A stretch of 39,878 nucleotides of DNA from a virus, in the IMG/VR virus record IMGVR_UViG_3300047994_000103, positions 1 through 39,878 of that record, one strand, 5' to 3'. A model generated the notes under the pieces. The model was not told where the DNA came from. It saw only the letters and a program-made list of their open reading frames with translations, and searched no databases. The translations under genes and the position numbers were made by a program. Below are positions 39,361-39,878 of the stretch, in pieces (the first letter of the stretch is position 1; every line of letters begins with the position of its first letter).

Positions 39361-39878
39361 TCACGGCTTAACTCCGGCGGTGGGCGTCCTGGCCATTGCC
39401 GTGTCAACGGCGGAATCAAACGACTCGTCCTCTTTGTCGCCTATTCGCTCCCACAGATCGTCTTGCAGCATCGCTTCTCGGCTGCGCAAAAACCGATACC
39501 GAGCAGCATCCCGCGCATCTGCTGCCAACGTATCGGGTGCGGCGGTGTGAGGGGGCGGGGCAGCGTTGTGAAGCGCCACGATTCGTTGAGCAACGGCCTC
39601 GTCCCAGCAATCGGCGACGTTCAAATTACCGTCCTCATCGCTTCCTTGAGACATGACCATCGATCCGTCCGCGTACCAGTGGCCGACATCCCCTTCATCG
39701 TCGAGCGGCGGTTTGGGGGAAAAGCGCTTTGATTTATGCGGATGAAACTTATCTTCCACAAAAGCCGGAGGTGGCTGCAAATACAGCGGCAGATCGTTTC
39801 TGTCTGTTTCTGGAAACCAGACCACTGCTCTGTAGCCTTCGCCTTTTTTCAAATACTTCAAGTTCTCCGCACTGGTAA
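39361..39878 (-). CDS. 3-prime part of the junction-spanning 359-codon gene (see 1-689)
   Basis: The frame stays open from stop 39361-39363 to the window edge. The track start at 39861 is only a TTG inside the frame. Ends with the RYRFLRSRE...SAVDTAMA motif. Confidence 0.65.
   Translation of the reverse strand, partial: TSAENLKYLKKGEGYRAVVWFPETDRNDLPLYLQPPPAFVEDKFHPHKSKRFSPKPPLDDEGDVGHWYADGSMVMSQGSDEDGNLNVADCWDEAVAQRIVALHNAAPPPHTAAPDTLAADARDAARYRFLRSREAMLQDDLWERIGDKEDESFDSAVDTAMARTPTAGVKP
39752..39878. repeat. Terminal overlap, copy 2 (identical to 1-127)
   Basis: Same 127 bases as the window start; lies inside an open reading frame. Confidence 0.97.

Overview
Complete, circularly closed dsDNA phage genome (podovirus-like, P22-type virion module). 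It has 39,751 unique bp; bases 1-127 repeat exactly at 39752-39878, which reads as an assembly overlap. Layout: (i) A leftward block of about 20 small early/accessory genes runs from 9033 down to 1 and on through the junction. It includes a CobS/MoxR-like AAA+ ATPase with a vWA-like partner. (ii) A 975-bp non-coding hub (9034-10007) holds iterons, eight perfect palindromes that all have a 3-nt spacer, a DnaA-box/11-bp-repeat array and candidate face-to-face promoters. This is the likely origin/switch region. (iii) A rightward late block (10008-31709) contains a fibre-like two-gene cassette, terS, terL, portal, scaffold, coat, gp4-like and gp10-like tail factors, and a tail fibre. It continues with an Asp/Asn-hydroxylase-like plus GNAT-like enzyme pair, three ejection-type proteins, a second beta-helix tailspike, a T4-type lysozyme, a 3-TM holin and a tail-anchored coiled-coil protein. 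(iv) A leftward replication/recombination block (39267 down to 31712) contains an RHH regulator, Cas4-like nuclease, Sak4-like ATPase, DUF669-like SSB, tRNA-Gln(UUG), a family A DNA polymerase with an N-terminal UDG-like domain, and a DUF3987-like ATPase. No integrase, CI-type repressor, RNA polymerase or primase was recognised. All functional calls come from motif recognition by eye; no searches were run.
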